Assembly (NCBI GenBank): GCA_951406725.2
Contig: OX597831.1
Coordinates: 37,696,001 to 37,760,000 of the forward strand
Length of the DNA stretch: 64,000 nt
Origin: Octopus vulgaris
Taxonomy: Eukaryota
Direction: 5' to 3'
In this document: positions 1 through 13,343 of the stretch, piece after piece
Numbering within the stretch: position 1 is the stretch's first letter
Layout: each line of letters begins with the position of its first letter
Made by a program: the position numbers and the translations under genes
The notes under the pieces: generated by a model
The model's input: the letters and a program-made list of their open reading frames with translations, nothing else
Told to the model about the DNA's origin: nothing
Database searches by the model: none

Positions 1-10
1 GTATATATAA

Positions 11-41
<31 letters not shown>

Positions 42-143
42 GTGTGTGTGTGTGTATGTGTATATATAAATAAATATATATATAAATATATATATATGCA
101 TATATATATATATATATGTATATATTTATTTATATATACACAT

Positions 144-194
<51 letters not shown>

Positions 195-509
195 TGCATA
201 TATATATATACATATGCATATATAAATATATATATACAGATATGCATATATACACACATGTATATATATATATATATAGACATGCATATATATATATATA
301 TATATATATATGCTTATACTTATGTATGTTGAAGATGCTGGTTAATAAAGTCGAGTATACATTGTATATATATATATACATTGTATATATATATATACAG
401 ACATATGGTTAATGAGAGATGAAAGATACGAGAATTTTTTCTTAATCACAACAGTTATTTCGGCCCATCTTAAACAACTAGTTCAGTAGCATCCGATGGT
501 GTAGATGTG

Positions 510-563
<54 letters not shown>

Positions 564-1063
564 TGTTGTGTATGTGGTCACTTATGCTTCCTCGCTCTTC
601 TGAATATATTTCAGAAAAAACGATGGAAATGTCTTTTATTGGAATATCTTCTTTCTATGCAAACACTTGTTTCTGCTTTCTGGTACCTCATCAGCTTTGA
701 GCAAACGCTTCTGAATGTATCAAGTTATTAAAAGATTGTATATAAAAATGATTGTTTTGTAATGAATGCGGTGATGAGGTAAGGAAGGAAAGGAGGAAAA
801 AGAATAAGAATATAAAATAAATGTTTTTCCTTTTCCTTGTCAGTCTTTTCTTTCTTACTGTTTCTTTCAAATTTTGGCAGAGGGGCATTAATTTTGAGGG
901 GTAGGGTTAGTGGATTACATTGAGTGATAGTTTATTTTTGTCTATCCTGAAAGAGGGGACGACAAAGTCTGCCTCTGAGCAATCAGAATTTAGAACGTAA
1001 AGGGCCGCTAATCATTTCGTCCCACGCGCTGACGATTCTCCAAACTGGTAGCCAAGCATTACT

Positions 1064-1291
1064 TACTCTTTTACTTGCTCCAGTCATTTGACTGCGGCCA
1101 GGCTGGAGCACCGCCTTTAGTCGAGCGAATCGACCCCAGGACGTATTCTTTGTAAGCCTAGTACTTATTCTACCGGGTCTTTTATCGAACCGCTATGTTA
1201 CGGAGGCGTAAATACACCAGCATCGGTTGTCAAGCGATGTTGGCGGGACAAACATAGACACAGAAACATATACACACACATAAACACACAA

Positions 1292-1360
<69 letters not shown>

Positions 1361-1524
1361 TACGACGGGCTTCTTTCAGTTTCCGTCTATGAAATCCACT
1401 CACAAGGCTTTGGTCGGCCCGAGGCTATAGTAGAAGACACTTGCCTAAGGTGCCACGCGGTGGGACTGAACCCGGAACCATGTTGTTGGTAAGCAAGCTA
1501 CTTAGCACGCAGCCACTCCTGCGC
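1064..1524 (-). mobile_element. tRNA-derived SINE, family A (internal (TA)/(TG) microsatellite)
   Basis: On the - strand: Pol III A-box/B-box-like head, CORE-like CCTTAGGCAAGTGTCTT, internal microsatellite, tail ...GCAGTCAAATGACTGGAGCAAGTAAAAGAG; many near-identical copies in window. Confidence 0.9.
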
Positions 1525-1605
1525 TTTAGAAATAATATAACTCATATGGAATCTATTTTTAGAAACCCAAATAAAATTAGAATAAAAGTGAAACAACTTT
1601 AGCAT

Positions 1606-1990
1606 AGACGCAGAAGTGGCTGTATGATAAGTACCTTGCTTACGAACCACAGTGTTCCGGGTTCAGTCCCACTGCGTGGCAACTTGGGCAAGTGTCTTCT
1701 ACTATAATCTCGGGCCCATCAAAGCCTTGTGAGTGGATTTGGTAGACGGAAACTGAAAGAAGCCCGTCGTATGTGTGTTTGTGTGTTTGTGTTAGTGTAT
1801 CTATATCTGTCCCCCAACATCACTTGGCAACCGATGCTAGTGTGTTTACGTCCTGTGACTTAGCAAAAGAGACCAATGGAATAAGTACTAGGCTTACAAA
1901 GTATATGTCGTGGGGACGATTTGCTCGATTAAAGACGGTGCTCCGGCATGGCCGCAGTCAAATGACTGAAACAAGTAAAAGAATAAAAGA
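1606..1990 (+). mobile_element. SINE family A
   Basis: Head GTGGCTGTATGATAAG...GGTTCAGTCCCACTGCGTGGC to tail GACTGAAACAAGTAAAAGAATAAAAG. Confidence 0.9.
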
Positions 1991-2549
1991 ATGTGTAGAA
2001 GACCGAAATTAGGTTCTAAACGTGAAAATAGAGAAAGCATGAATTCAGTGGTCGTAGATGACGATCTCAGACTTTGGATTCGAATTTTTGGGAATATCTT
2101 AGGCAGGATTATGGTGCCTGCACATAGTAAGAGACTAACCATAAACCGTGACCTGACCTCAAGCAGTTTGATAGCCATTACTGACAACTATGAACAGGAA
2201 AGATTTTGCTCTCACCTCGTCAATTCGTTCATAATATCAGTCATCCATAACAGAACCAGTGCCCTGAAACATATGTAAATCTAACCTTATATAAAATGAA
2301 TATCGCCTACGATTGACTAATTCAGAATTGAGTAAAACGAAATTCTTTGCGTTAGAATCATTTTTTTTTAAATTTTAAGAAGACATTGTTGGAAGCCGAT
2401 ACAACAATAGAAGTGCTTTTGTAGCTGTGATAGATACGACACAAAACCTGAGCTACTAATGACACAAATGTCGGCTTCAAACCACACTACACCGAGGCGT
2501 ATCTCTTTTATTTTGTTCTGGTATAATGCATAATGTTTCATAGAATTTT

Positions 2550-3460
2550 CTTGCATTTAGCTTATCTATTTATGAAGGAACACATATAAAACAATTGAAG
2601 TTATATCAGTAAAAGAAGAAATGTTTGGACTAGAAGCCATGAAAGAAACAGCGTTCATATTAATGTTTACATTAAAACTGCGTTCAACACAGCCTTTCGA
2701 AATGCTGATATTCTACTGAATAAACTTGACAACTTTACAGCAGTAGAAGCACTCGCAAAATTTGTGAGGAAATGTACGATTAAGTGCAATTATGTTAAGT
2801 TACCAAAGCTTTCCCACGTCTCCCTAGTTTTGTTGTCTTATTCATCGTGCATCTTACGCTGAGAATGCAAAGATTATAAGCCCTGCCGTATAAACTGCAC
2901 TGCCGTTTCTGAATTTGTGATGAAGACTTCAGCTTCAAAAAGACTCAATTCCATATCTTTTTGTTGCACTGTAAGAAGGGCGTGCTTAACCACTTTCGTC
3001 TTACGATATTTGTTTGCCTCTGTTGGTGTTTATTAATTTCATTTCCGAAAGAAAATGAAGCGATATAATGAATAAACTATGAGTTCTGAAATTTGGCATT
3101 CCAGGGGTAATAAGCTTTCTGATCTCGCTGAAGTAATTTTCACCTTTTGATATAAAATTAATGTTTCATAAAGAAAGATATCGACAGGAAAATGCCGTCA
3201 CTTTTCCTAACTCACAAGAATGGTAAATACACTACCTGATGGAAAAATAAAGACCACAAGTCAGTGGTAAATTTGTCAAGGACTGCTTCAATAATTTTCT
3301 AGCCATCTTTGCAAAGCTGGAGAAAAGTTCTTGCTTTACCAAACGTCTACAAAGTTGGAAAAGCTGATGTCTTGCCTCAAATATATTGCAGATCTTACCA
3401 GTACTATTTACCCAAGACACTAGTTTCTGCATATATGACTGTCAGTTGTGGAAATAGAAC
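2550..3460 (+). mobile_element. Highly degraded hAT (Charlie/SPIN, GTF2IRD2-like) transposase remnant
   Basis: Manual translation near 2600: VISVKEEMFGLEAMKET ... IKTAFNTAFRNADILLNKL, resembling the VKEELLxLxxMKxTTxG..VPLNKL block; STYxCExLFS-like trace near 3400; many stops and frameshifts. Confidence 0.45.
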
Positions 3461-5458
3461 AACGGAACATCCTACATTTAAAAATGATCCACAATTCCCA
3501 GTCTATAATCTGAATTCCTCTTTGCATTTCGAATGGCTGATGTTGTCATTAACAGATATCCAAACATCTGATGTCTGGTTAAAGAATTGAATGTTGTTAA
3601 AATAGAAATACATATGAACTCCCGTTTAAAGACAATTCGAAGGTCCTCATTTATAATGCGAAATCTGTTTTAATTTTCTCGCGTAATTGCGTTTAAATCC
3701 TAGTCTATAATTTGTTCTGTGAAAAGATATAAAGATGGTTAATAGTTAACAGGAGAAACGTAGTCAACATCTCAACTCCATTTTCAATCTAACTTCTGTT
3801 AGGTATCACTGTATTGTAAATTAAAATTTTGAGGTAGAATTATCGTCTAATTATTAAAAATTGAACCTTGTTAGAACTAATTCGAAGAATATCTTTGTCA
3901 ACATATCGGCCAGATTCTCAATGATCAGCCAAGGTAAAAGTCTACAAGAATAGGAAATATAGCCTATAATAGACCAATAACTATAGTACTTTTCTGTGCC
4001 ATAGAAGGAATGCAGCGAGCATTAGAGCCTCGGGAAAAAACGGCTCGCCTTTTCTCCTTTCATGAGTCGATAAAATAGAACAAAATTCTAATACTTATGT
4101 TCTGCAGACAAAGAGCGTGACTTTCCAGTTGGTGCGGGCTAATGTTACCTTCAATCTCTTTCTATACCGAGACAAAGTAACAACTTCGCCTCAGATTTGG
4201 TGATGCAGATATACACGTCAATAAATGCGCGCCTAATTCCTAGCTTCACGTACTTAAATTTTTAATCTTCTCTGAGATTTCAATACTTATATAATGGTAT
4301 GGCTTTGTGGTTAAGGAATCCGCCTTGTGCCCACGTGATTTCAAGTTTAATCTCACTTCATAGAAACTTGGTCATCTTCTTTATCCTCTTCTTTTGGGTC
4401 ATCTTCTTTAGACCCCGGCCGTCCACTGACTTGCGAGTGAATTTGGCAAAGGAAAATGTGCTGAAGCTCATAGCGTGTAAGAACATTAGAATTAGCGTCT
4501 TCTTCAAACTTCAATAGAATAATTCAAAACATATTCTAACACTGAATATTTCAGAAAAACAAAGCAGACCGGGGTTACCAGCTAAGGATCGGATACAATT
4601 ATCTCTGAATAATATGAACATTTGGACTCTTTCAATTGGCTCGACAAGCGTGTTATGTAATTTAACGCTTCTATTTAATCAACAGAGGGTGTTAACCACA
4701 TACAAACGCGCGCGCACACTCACGCTCACAGATACACGCACACATATACATATATACACACATATATGCATACAAACATACATAGACAGCTGCCAACTGA
4801 TGAAGGGTCATTCTTTATGGTTGTTACTTGTCCTGTTTTCCTATTTGTTTCTCTCGTTGTTTGCATATTGAACTCATTTGTTTTCGTATTTCATGTTGTT
4901 TACTGTTGGTGATGTCCTGTACCCATATATGCATATGTATATATATATATATATATATATGCATGCGTGTGTGTGTGTGTATGTATGCATGTGTATGTAT
5001 GTATCTATATATCTATCTATCTATCTATGTGTGTGTGTGGGTACTCAACTTCCATATAAATCCTAGTATAATAGATACAGCTTTCGCTTGAATTTTAGCA
5101 ATGCCGATAACGATTGACCCAAATAACGTATGAGTTCCTTTATCTCTAAATCTTAATCTTTGCCATATTTTGAAGCTAATTTGCAATGTCTATTTCCAAC
5201 GTTTATGCAACAATACCTCCCATAAATCACGCTTTATATCAGAAGTAATAGGTTAGCGATTATCGAAATAAAACATTTCCCGCAATATCGTTGGTAACAT
5301 CAATCAAATATTCTTTGAATAAGTCTGGAAAATGGAAGAGCAGAAGTATAATCAACAAGTTGACCGGTCATCAAAATGATTCACTATGGTCCGCATAAAG
5401 CAAAGAAACGCGTCGCTGCTTAATAACAGTGAAATGATTGCGTAATATACAACCAAAC

Positions 5459-5624
5459 GGAGTCAACTGAGCGGCATAATAGGTCCCCGGAAAGGTTAAA
5501 GCACTGAAGCCTCTGGCACTTATATATAGTCAGCAAGCCACATAATCCATAGATTAGAATTGGGGCCCTAAACCTGTGAGGCCCTGGGCAATTGCCCTCA
5601 GTGGCCATACCTTAAATTGACTCC
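5459..5624. mobile_element. Possible short MITE remnant
   Basis: Terminal GGAGTCAA / TTGACTCC inverted pair and internal GGGCCC / GGGCAATTGCCC motifs common in hAT-type MITEs. Confidence 0.3.
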
Positions 5625-5640
5625 ACACACGTTGCTCATC

Positions 5641-5810
5641 GGTGCAGGCGTGGTTATATGGTAAGAAGCTCTGCTTCCCAACCACGTAGCTCCGGGTTCA
5701 GTCCTACTGCGTAGTACATTGGGCAAGTGTCTTCTACTATAGTTTCAGGCGGACCAAAGCCTCGTCAGTGGATTTGGTAGACGGAAACAGAAAAGAAGCC
5801 CGTAGTTTAT

Positions 5811-5884
<74 letters not shown>

Positions 5885-6105
5885 GAGTGTGTGTCTGTGT
5901 CTGTGTCTGTGTCTGTATTTGGCACCCCACAATCGTTTGACAACAGATGTGTGTGCGTGTACGTCCCTGTAACCTAGCGGTTCAGCCCAATAGACCGATA
6001 GAATAAGTACTAGGCTTTCACAGAATAAGTCCTGGGATCGATTTGTTCGACTAAAGGTGGTGCTCCAGCATGACGGCTTGTCAAATGACTGTAGCAAGCA
6101 AAAGG
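5641..6105 (+). mobile_element. SINE family A
   Basis: Head, internal (CA)n(TA)n, tail as in other copies. Confidence 0.88.
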
Positions 6106-6165
6106 GTAATCAGTTGAGTTCACAATAATCTACGTGAATATACAGATGGATATGCAATAGCATAT

Positions 6166-6599
6166 ATGCTTCTCTACTCTAGGCACAAGGCCCGAAATTT
6201 TGCGGGAGAGGGATCGTCCATTAGATCGGCCCCAGGAGGCTACTGGTACCTCATCTATCGACCCCGAAAGGATGAAAGGCAAAGTCGACCTCGGCGGAAT
6301 TTGAACTCAGAACGTAGCGGCAGACGAAATACTGCTAATCGTTTCGCTCATCGTGCTAACTTTTCTTATTTCTTTATTGCCTACAAGGGACTAAACATAG
6401 AGGGAACAAACAAGGATAGACAAAGGTATTAAGTCGATTGCACCGACCCCGGTGCGGAACTGGTACTTATTTAATCGACCCCGAAAGGATGGAAGGCAAA
6501 GTCGACCTCGGGGGAATTTGAACTCAGGACGTGGCGGGAGACGAAATACCGCTAGGCATTTCGTCCGGCGTGCTAACGTTTCGGCCAGCCTGGTGCCTT
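6166..6599 (-). mobile_element. Dimeric SINE, family B (Meta-domain-like GTCGACTTTGCCTTTCATCCTTTCGGGGTCGAT)
   Basis: Two tandem units flanked by 13-bp TSD TGCAATAGCATAT (6153-6165, 6600-6612). Confidence 0.88.
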
Positions 6600-6961
6600 T
6601 GCAATAGCATATTTGAGTGTACAGCTTCTGGCTGTTTGTTAAATACAAAATGAGATAACATATAATGAACGACTAAATAAACAGACAAAACAGGAAGTTG
6701 TTAACAAGATAAAAAAAAACAGTTAATGCCAACAAAGAGATATCAGTAAAACGAAACATGATTTAGCGATAAACATTTAACGACGCGATGAACATGACAA
6801 ACACTCACATAAGATAGAAATATATGAAGAACAAAAAATCAGATAAAAATAAAAAAATTAATTGGATAAAAACAACAAGAACATAATTAAACTATAAATA
6901 ATACTGTGAACACTCTAAGCGGTTGTATGAAATAAATAGACACACACACACACACACACAT

Positions 6962-6997
<36 letters not shown>

Positions 6998-7067
6998 GTG
7001 TGAATATGAATGCATATATATATATGTGTGTTTATGTGTGTGTGTGTATGTATGTATGTATGTATGC

Positions 7068-7106
<39 letters not shown>

Positions 7107-7630
7107 CGTGTAGATAATCGAAAATACGAAAAATATAAAATAAAAATATTTTAAAAAATGAGCGTAAAAAAGGATATCAAATAACAAGCTCAAGGAATAG
7201 AGAGAAATAGGTGAGAAGAGACACAGCAACAATAATTGAATACAATAAACAAACATTATAAAGTAATGACAACTAATAAAGAACCAACTTTATGCAAAAA
7301 TAATAATAATAATGATGTAGGTAGAAGTAAATAGAAAAAACAATCAAAGAAAATTAATCAAGCGGATGAAGATAAAATTAAAAATTTGATAAAAAAAAAT
7401 AAACATATCTAAACAACTATAGATAAAACTAAAATATGCCATGAGATTTTTTTTAATGTATCAGAAAAGGAAAACCAAACAGAAAAGATGTAAATTAAAA
7501 GTAAGGGGAATAATGATATAAAATGCAAAATAAAATAAACAAGCAGATAATGAGAAATGGAATTATCAAATATTAGAAACAAGGTTCTACCATTCTAAAA
7601 ACATATCTAACAGTTTCCCTGCACGTGCAG

Positions 7631-7677
<47 letters not shown>

Positions 7678-7678
<1 letters not shown>

Positions 7679-7870
7679 CCTCTGCACGCATTTTTTTCTC
7701 TCCTTGTTTCTCTCCGTGTTTCTTTTCTGTGTATCGTTCTGTTGAAGAGCGTAGGCTCGAAACGTAAAAGACTTGTTTTATTTATATTCCTGAGCACCAT
7801 ACTAATACAATTGTTTGTTTGTATTCCACCTGCCTTCGTCTTTTGTTTATTTTCATAAAGCTTACCGTTA
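7678..7870 (+). mobile_element. Solo Penelope pseudo-LTR-like fragment with hammerhead-like motif
   Basis: CTGTTGA-A-GAGC-GTAG-GCTC-GAAACGTA at 7739-7766; 3' end CACCTGCCTTCGTCTTTTGTTTATTTTC..CCGTTATATA matches the terminus of the Penelope element at 34849-34930; (TA)n on both sides. Confidence 0.75.
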
Positions 7871-7884
7871 TATATATATATGAA

Positions 7885-8181
7885 TTTTTTGCGTAATGAG
7901 ATAAAACAAAAACAAGGTTGTAGGGATATTAGAGCACTTATAGATAGAAGGTCTTACAGCTGTGTCTAGAATATTTAATTCATAATAATATCTCTTCATC
8001 GGAGTCGGTGTGAGAGGAAAAACTAAGTCATAGTTAAATTCGATGTGATACAAAATAGAGAGTGAGGTAAAGGAAAGATTATTATTAATTAATATTCTAG
8101 AAACAACTGTAAGACATTCTATCTATAAATGCTCTAATATCCATACAGCCTTGTTTTTTTTTTATCTCATTACGCAAAAAA
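7885..8181. repeat. Foldback element (~110-bp inverted arms) with degenerate hammerhead motif
   Basis: Arms ~7885-7995 and ~8075-8181; - strand CCGATGA..GACACAGCTGTA, right arm GAAACAACTGTA. Confidence 0.8.
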
Positions 8182-8324
8182 TACAAATATATACACGCTG
8201 ACATAGAACGAACCTTGAAACCTTCATTCGTAATATTACCGAATTTCGAACTTAACTATGGTCTGTCTATAGCACTTATTCAGCATTACCTGACACCTTT
8301 AGGTTTCAATGACACCCAATACCT

Positions 8325-8386
<62 letters not shown>

Positions 8387-8429
8387 ATGTGTGTGTGCGT
8401 GTGTGTGAGTTACATAAATGACCTTTCCA

Positions 8430-9390
8430 GTGTCGTACATCACACATCATTGCAAAGTGAAAATATTTGCAAACACTAAGCTCCAGCAAATCGTCAATGA
8501 AGAAGCAGACCGAACTCAACTCCAGTCTGATCTATATGCTGTGAGTCAATGGGCAGACAGAAACAAAATGCAACTGAACGAGGGAAAATTTGAGCTGATG
8601 CATTTTGGAAGAAAGTCCACACTAAAACAGCCATACTCTCTTCCTTCAGGGGAACCGCTCACAGCCTCTAACAATATCAGAGGTCTGAGTGTAATTGTTG
8701 ATGACAATCTCAGTTGGAGTGCCCACATCAACAATAAGGTCGATATAGCTCGTAGGATGAGCTCCTGGATCTTAAGAACCTTCCGTCCAGAGAACAAGGT
8801 GTCATCATACCACTTTTCCCCTCCTTTGTACGGCCACACCTCGAATACTGCTGCCCACTGTGGTCTCCTCATACAAAACAAAACATCTCAAGGATTGATC
8901 ACCCCAGAGGGCACTCACTAAACGAATTGAAAGCACGACTGCTCTCGGTTATTGGGACCGCCTTAAAGCCTTGAAACTCTACTCTCTCCAACGCAGCCGC
9001 GAGCAGTACATCATTTGTACCATCTGGAGAATATACCGCCAACTTTGCCCAAACGACCTGAACATTAGTTTCAAGGTCCATCCAAGGCTGGGACCATGGG
9101 TCATACGTCCCCTGCCCAATTCAGGATCACAGCATATCGGTACACTGCAACATGATTTCTTTTCCTCAACAGGCCCTGCACTGTTTAACATTGTCCCGAA
9201 AGCGATGAAAGAGGAAAAGGATACCATCAACTTTAAACGGCGTCTGGATAGATTTCTTCAAGGAATACCGGATAAGCCACCCATAGTTAAATACAACTCA
9301 CCCAACAAGAACTCACTACTTGAATGGACCATAAACAAACCTTGATTTAAACAGGCAGGATTTAGATAATCCTAACACGTGGTGCTATGG
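8430..9390 (+). mobile_element. CR1-group LINE 3' fragment (RT C-terminal half, frameshifted)
   Basis: ORFs 8418-8921 and 8971-9345: IFANTKL (FADDTKL-like), LQSDL..WA..NKMQLNEGKFELMHFG, LSWSAHI..KV..ARRMSSWILRTF, LKLYSLQR.REQY, FKRRLDRFLQGIPDKP. Confidence 0.85.
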
Positions 9391-9465
9391 TCGAAAAAAT
9401 GCAAATTAATCTACCTCATCTCCTCTATTTTGAATTCAAATTTCATACACCTATTTGTAAAAATA

Positions 9466-9766
9466 GGAGGCGCAATGGCCCAGTGGTTGGGGCAAATGAC
9501 ACGCGGTCGGAGGATCGGGGTTTCAATTCTCAGACCGGGGGTTGAGTGTGTTTATTGATTGAAAACACCTAACAGCTCCATGAGGCTCCGGCACGGGGTG
9601 TTGGCGACCCCCGTTGTACTCTTTCGCCTCAACTTTCTCTCGCTCTTTCTTCCTGTTTCTTGATGGCGTCCCGTCCAGCTGGGCGGGGGGAACACATACA
9701 CCACAGAAACCGGGAAACCGGGCCTATGAGCCTGGCTAGGCTTGAAAAGGACACATAAATAAGTAA
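9466..9766 (+). mobile_element. tRNA-derived SINE, family C
   Basis: tRNA-like head GGAGGCGCAATGGCCCAGTGG..GTTTCAATTCTC; 13-bp TSD ATTTGTAAAAATA (9453-9465, 9767-9779). Confidence 0.88.
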
Positions 9767-10111
9767 ATTTGTAAAAATAAGGGAATTATTAAAAATTAAA
9801 AATTAAAATCCCTTAATAAATTTTGGATTACACTGTACAACCCACTGATGACACTACAGTTAATGTCTTCGAGGATAAAGCGCGGATTCTCTCCTCATCG
9901 GATGAAGACTTAACGTCAATTACTTCTGGCTTTCCCAGTGATTTCTCCGCTGTGATATCGATGTGGTTTGTCATTGCCGAGGCCTACTGGATGGCCGTGG
10001 AACCAAGAGAAGCTCATTCGGTCTTCGACACACCTTGTCTTCAGTATTGCTTGGTATCTAGACACTATCCTCACAAAAGTATCAAGCTACTTCAGCTTTT
10101 GTGTTCTGGTT

Positions 10112-10295
10112 CTACGTCGGTTACGATGACGAGTATTCCAGTTGGTCTGATCAACATAACAGCCTGCACCTGAAATTAACGGGCAAGTAGCTAAACGTGT
10201 AAGTTTTCAGCGAGACGGCGTCACACAGAATATGAGAAGGCTGGTCCATTGTTTTAGTAACACAACTCATTTTTATCAGTTAGGGGAAATAGAGA
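10112..10295 (-). mobile_element. Degraded SINE family D body/tail
   Basis: Reverse-complement similarity to 54030-54230. Confidence 0.6.
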
Positions 10296-10532
10296 CATTT
10301 TCAACGAGCTCTTTTGTTTCCTTAAGTGTGTCTTGCTGATGAGCAAAAGTTATTGGGACTAATTCTGAAATTGACCAATCAAATACTAATTTATGAGTAT
10401 CTGCGCGCCTAAGTCACCGATTTCAATACGCTGTGTAGTGTAAAAATTATAATTTTTAAGTGGTTTGACAATTTGGCGTCCAGTTATAGTATAGGTATAA
10501 TTACTTCTAAACTTATATTTTATACTATTATA

Positions 10533-10612
<80 letters not shown>

Positions 10613-10692
10613 AATTGCAGCGTGGAAGGTGTTTGTACGCCATTTAAGAAACACACAAAAGCCGTTCGATTCACTTCAACATTTAAGTTTAA

Positions 10693-10743
10693 TTTGTCAA
10701 AATATTTTCGTCGCTAAAATCCGCGACCTGTTCACTGACAAAA
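10693..10743 (-). ncRNA. Minimal type-I hammerhead ribozyme motif, G3-C8 core variant
   Basis: - strand TTTGTCA GTGAACA G GTCGC GGATTTTA GCGAC GAA AATATT T TGACAAA: 7-bp stem I, 5-bp stem II, palindromic stem III. Confidence 0.65.
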
Positions 10744-10821
10744 ATCCGTGCAATTCTGAAATTGTTTTCGTTTCAGCACAAGATCTCAGATAAAATTACT
10801 TGCTATGTGAGTACATCTCCG

Positions 10822-10857
<36 letters not shown>

Positions 10858-11180
10858 TTATTCAGTTGGTTCGTTTCGGAATGTTCCTTGAGCTTTCACG
10901 CGAATATCTTTTAAATTTTATCTTTGTGTTGAGTACATTTAGCTAAATAAGGGCAAGCGCCCCCTGACACAAATCCAGAAAACGATTCTAAGTTATCTGC
11001 CATTCCTACTTCGATTGTTGCAGAGGTAAAACCCATAATTTTTATTCGCCACCCGCTTTTCACCTTGCTAGTTTTGAGGGACCTCTATGTGGTTTGGGGG
11101 TTCATCTGACTCCTATATCTAGGGAGGCTGGTTCTTTACAGCACCACAATTATATTGTACACATACATATGTACATATAT

Positions 11181-11280
<100 letters not shown>

Positions 11281-11480
11281 ATACCCTAAACTTGCTTGCT
11301 TGGTTCATGCTTTCGATTACCACTAATATTGCTTGATACTAGTAATAAATATATATATATTATATTAAATTATATTATATTATACACACACACATATATA
11401 TGTATACATAGGTATATATATATGTATATATATATATGCATATATATATACATATACGTATGCATATATATATATGTGTG

Positions 11481-11559
<79 letters not shown>

Positions 11560-11867
11560 ATATGTGTGTGTGGGCGTGTAAGGATACATACATCCAGCCA
11601 GGTATGTGTGTTTATTCATAACGCATTTCCTTACTGTAGGTTTTTGACACCCCATAAATACAGGAGTATACACACCCACGCACGCACATACTCACACATA
11701 TATATGACATTACATTCCTAGATTATATATATGTATATATATATTGATATCGATATATATTATTGTATTTCATTAAATGTATATTATTATATTTTACATA
11801 CATGTATTTATGTGTATATATATATATATATATGTGTATATATACATATGTGTATATATATATATAT

Positions 11868-11976
<109 letters not shown>

Positions 11977-12843
11977 TATATACACATACACCTACACACA
12001 GATATGTACATATATGCGCAAAAGTTCATACTAGTAGTTTTACACACATATATGCAGACAGGATTGAAACTAAAGTGAAACAATTGGACACACATAACCA
12101 TTCACACTCACACAAACACAGCAAGATACGCATACATACGGACACGCCCGTAGAAACACACTCACTCACATATATAGGCAATAAGAACTCAGTAAGTTAA
12201 GCACAATGCACCCTAACACTTCATATTCGCTTACATCATAAATATTTATAAGTGCAATTCCTTGGTTTATTTTATTTGCAACAGACCGCGGGCGATCTTA
12301 TAATCGAATCAGGTTGATTTTAATTCAAAATGTAAGGAGGTGTGTATACATCGCTTACGGTATTTCATTTTCAAATGACATCCTAGCACAAGATGTCAAT
12401 TGGTAATTGTCGATAAGATATACAATAAATTGCAATGAAGGTAACAAGACCGATTCTTATATCTAAACAAATTTCACACACATTAACGGCATGCGCACCC
12501 AGGCCCTATCTTATTATCGGAGTCTCTAACTACCCGAATGTCGTTAAAAGTAGCATAAAAGTTTTTCCGTTACGTTTTAATGACAATCCACCCAAAAAGA
12601 TACGTGAATTACTTCTGCAGAAAATTTTCAAGTATAACATCTTCTTACAACAATAAGGATAAAGCGGGTACTAGGATATTATACGTGGTAATATAAACGT
12701 GCTGATTTTATACCCTTCGTCTTCAGAAATGTCAAATTCTGAAATGCAAATTCAAGGGATATATGTGTGTATCAGCTTTTATGGATATGTATATGTATAT
12801 ATGTATATATATCTGTATATGCTTATATGTATATATATAAATG

Positions 12844-12887
<44 letters not shown>

Positions 12888-13049
12888 TATATACACACAC
12901 ATATATATATATATGCATACATACGTATATATATACACACACATATATATATATGCATACATACGTATATATATATGTATATATATATATATGCATATAT
13001 ATACATATACATATACGTATGCATATATATCTGTGTGTATATATATATT

Positions 13050-13134
<85 letters not shown>

Positions 13135-13184
13135 GTATATGTATGTATGTATATATGTGTGTGTGGGCGTGTAAGGATACATAC

Positions 13185-13270
13185 ATAATGTATAGTCTAC
13201 TGACAAATGTTCTACATGCTAGGACACTCGTAGTAAAAATTTCTAATTTTTTTTATTACCCTGATATTAT

Positions 13271-13309
<39 letters not shown>

Positions 13310-13311
13310 GC

Positions 13312-13343
<32 letters not shown>

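Noticed and set aside
4797-4830. CTGATGAAGGG hammerhead half-core (similar half-cores at ~34590 and ~46633)
   Set aside because: No matching stem II/GAAA half found
9466-9540. Functional tRNA genes (here and at other SINE heads)
   Set aside because: A/B boxes continue into SINE bodies with TSDs; no intact cloverleaf
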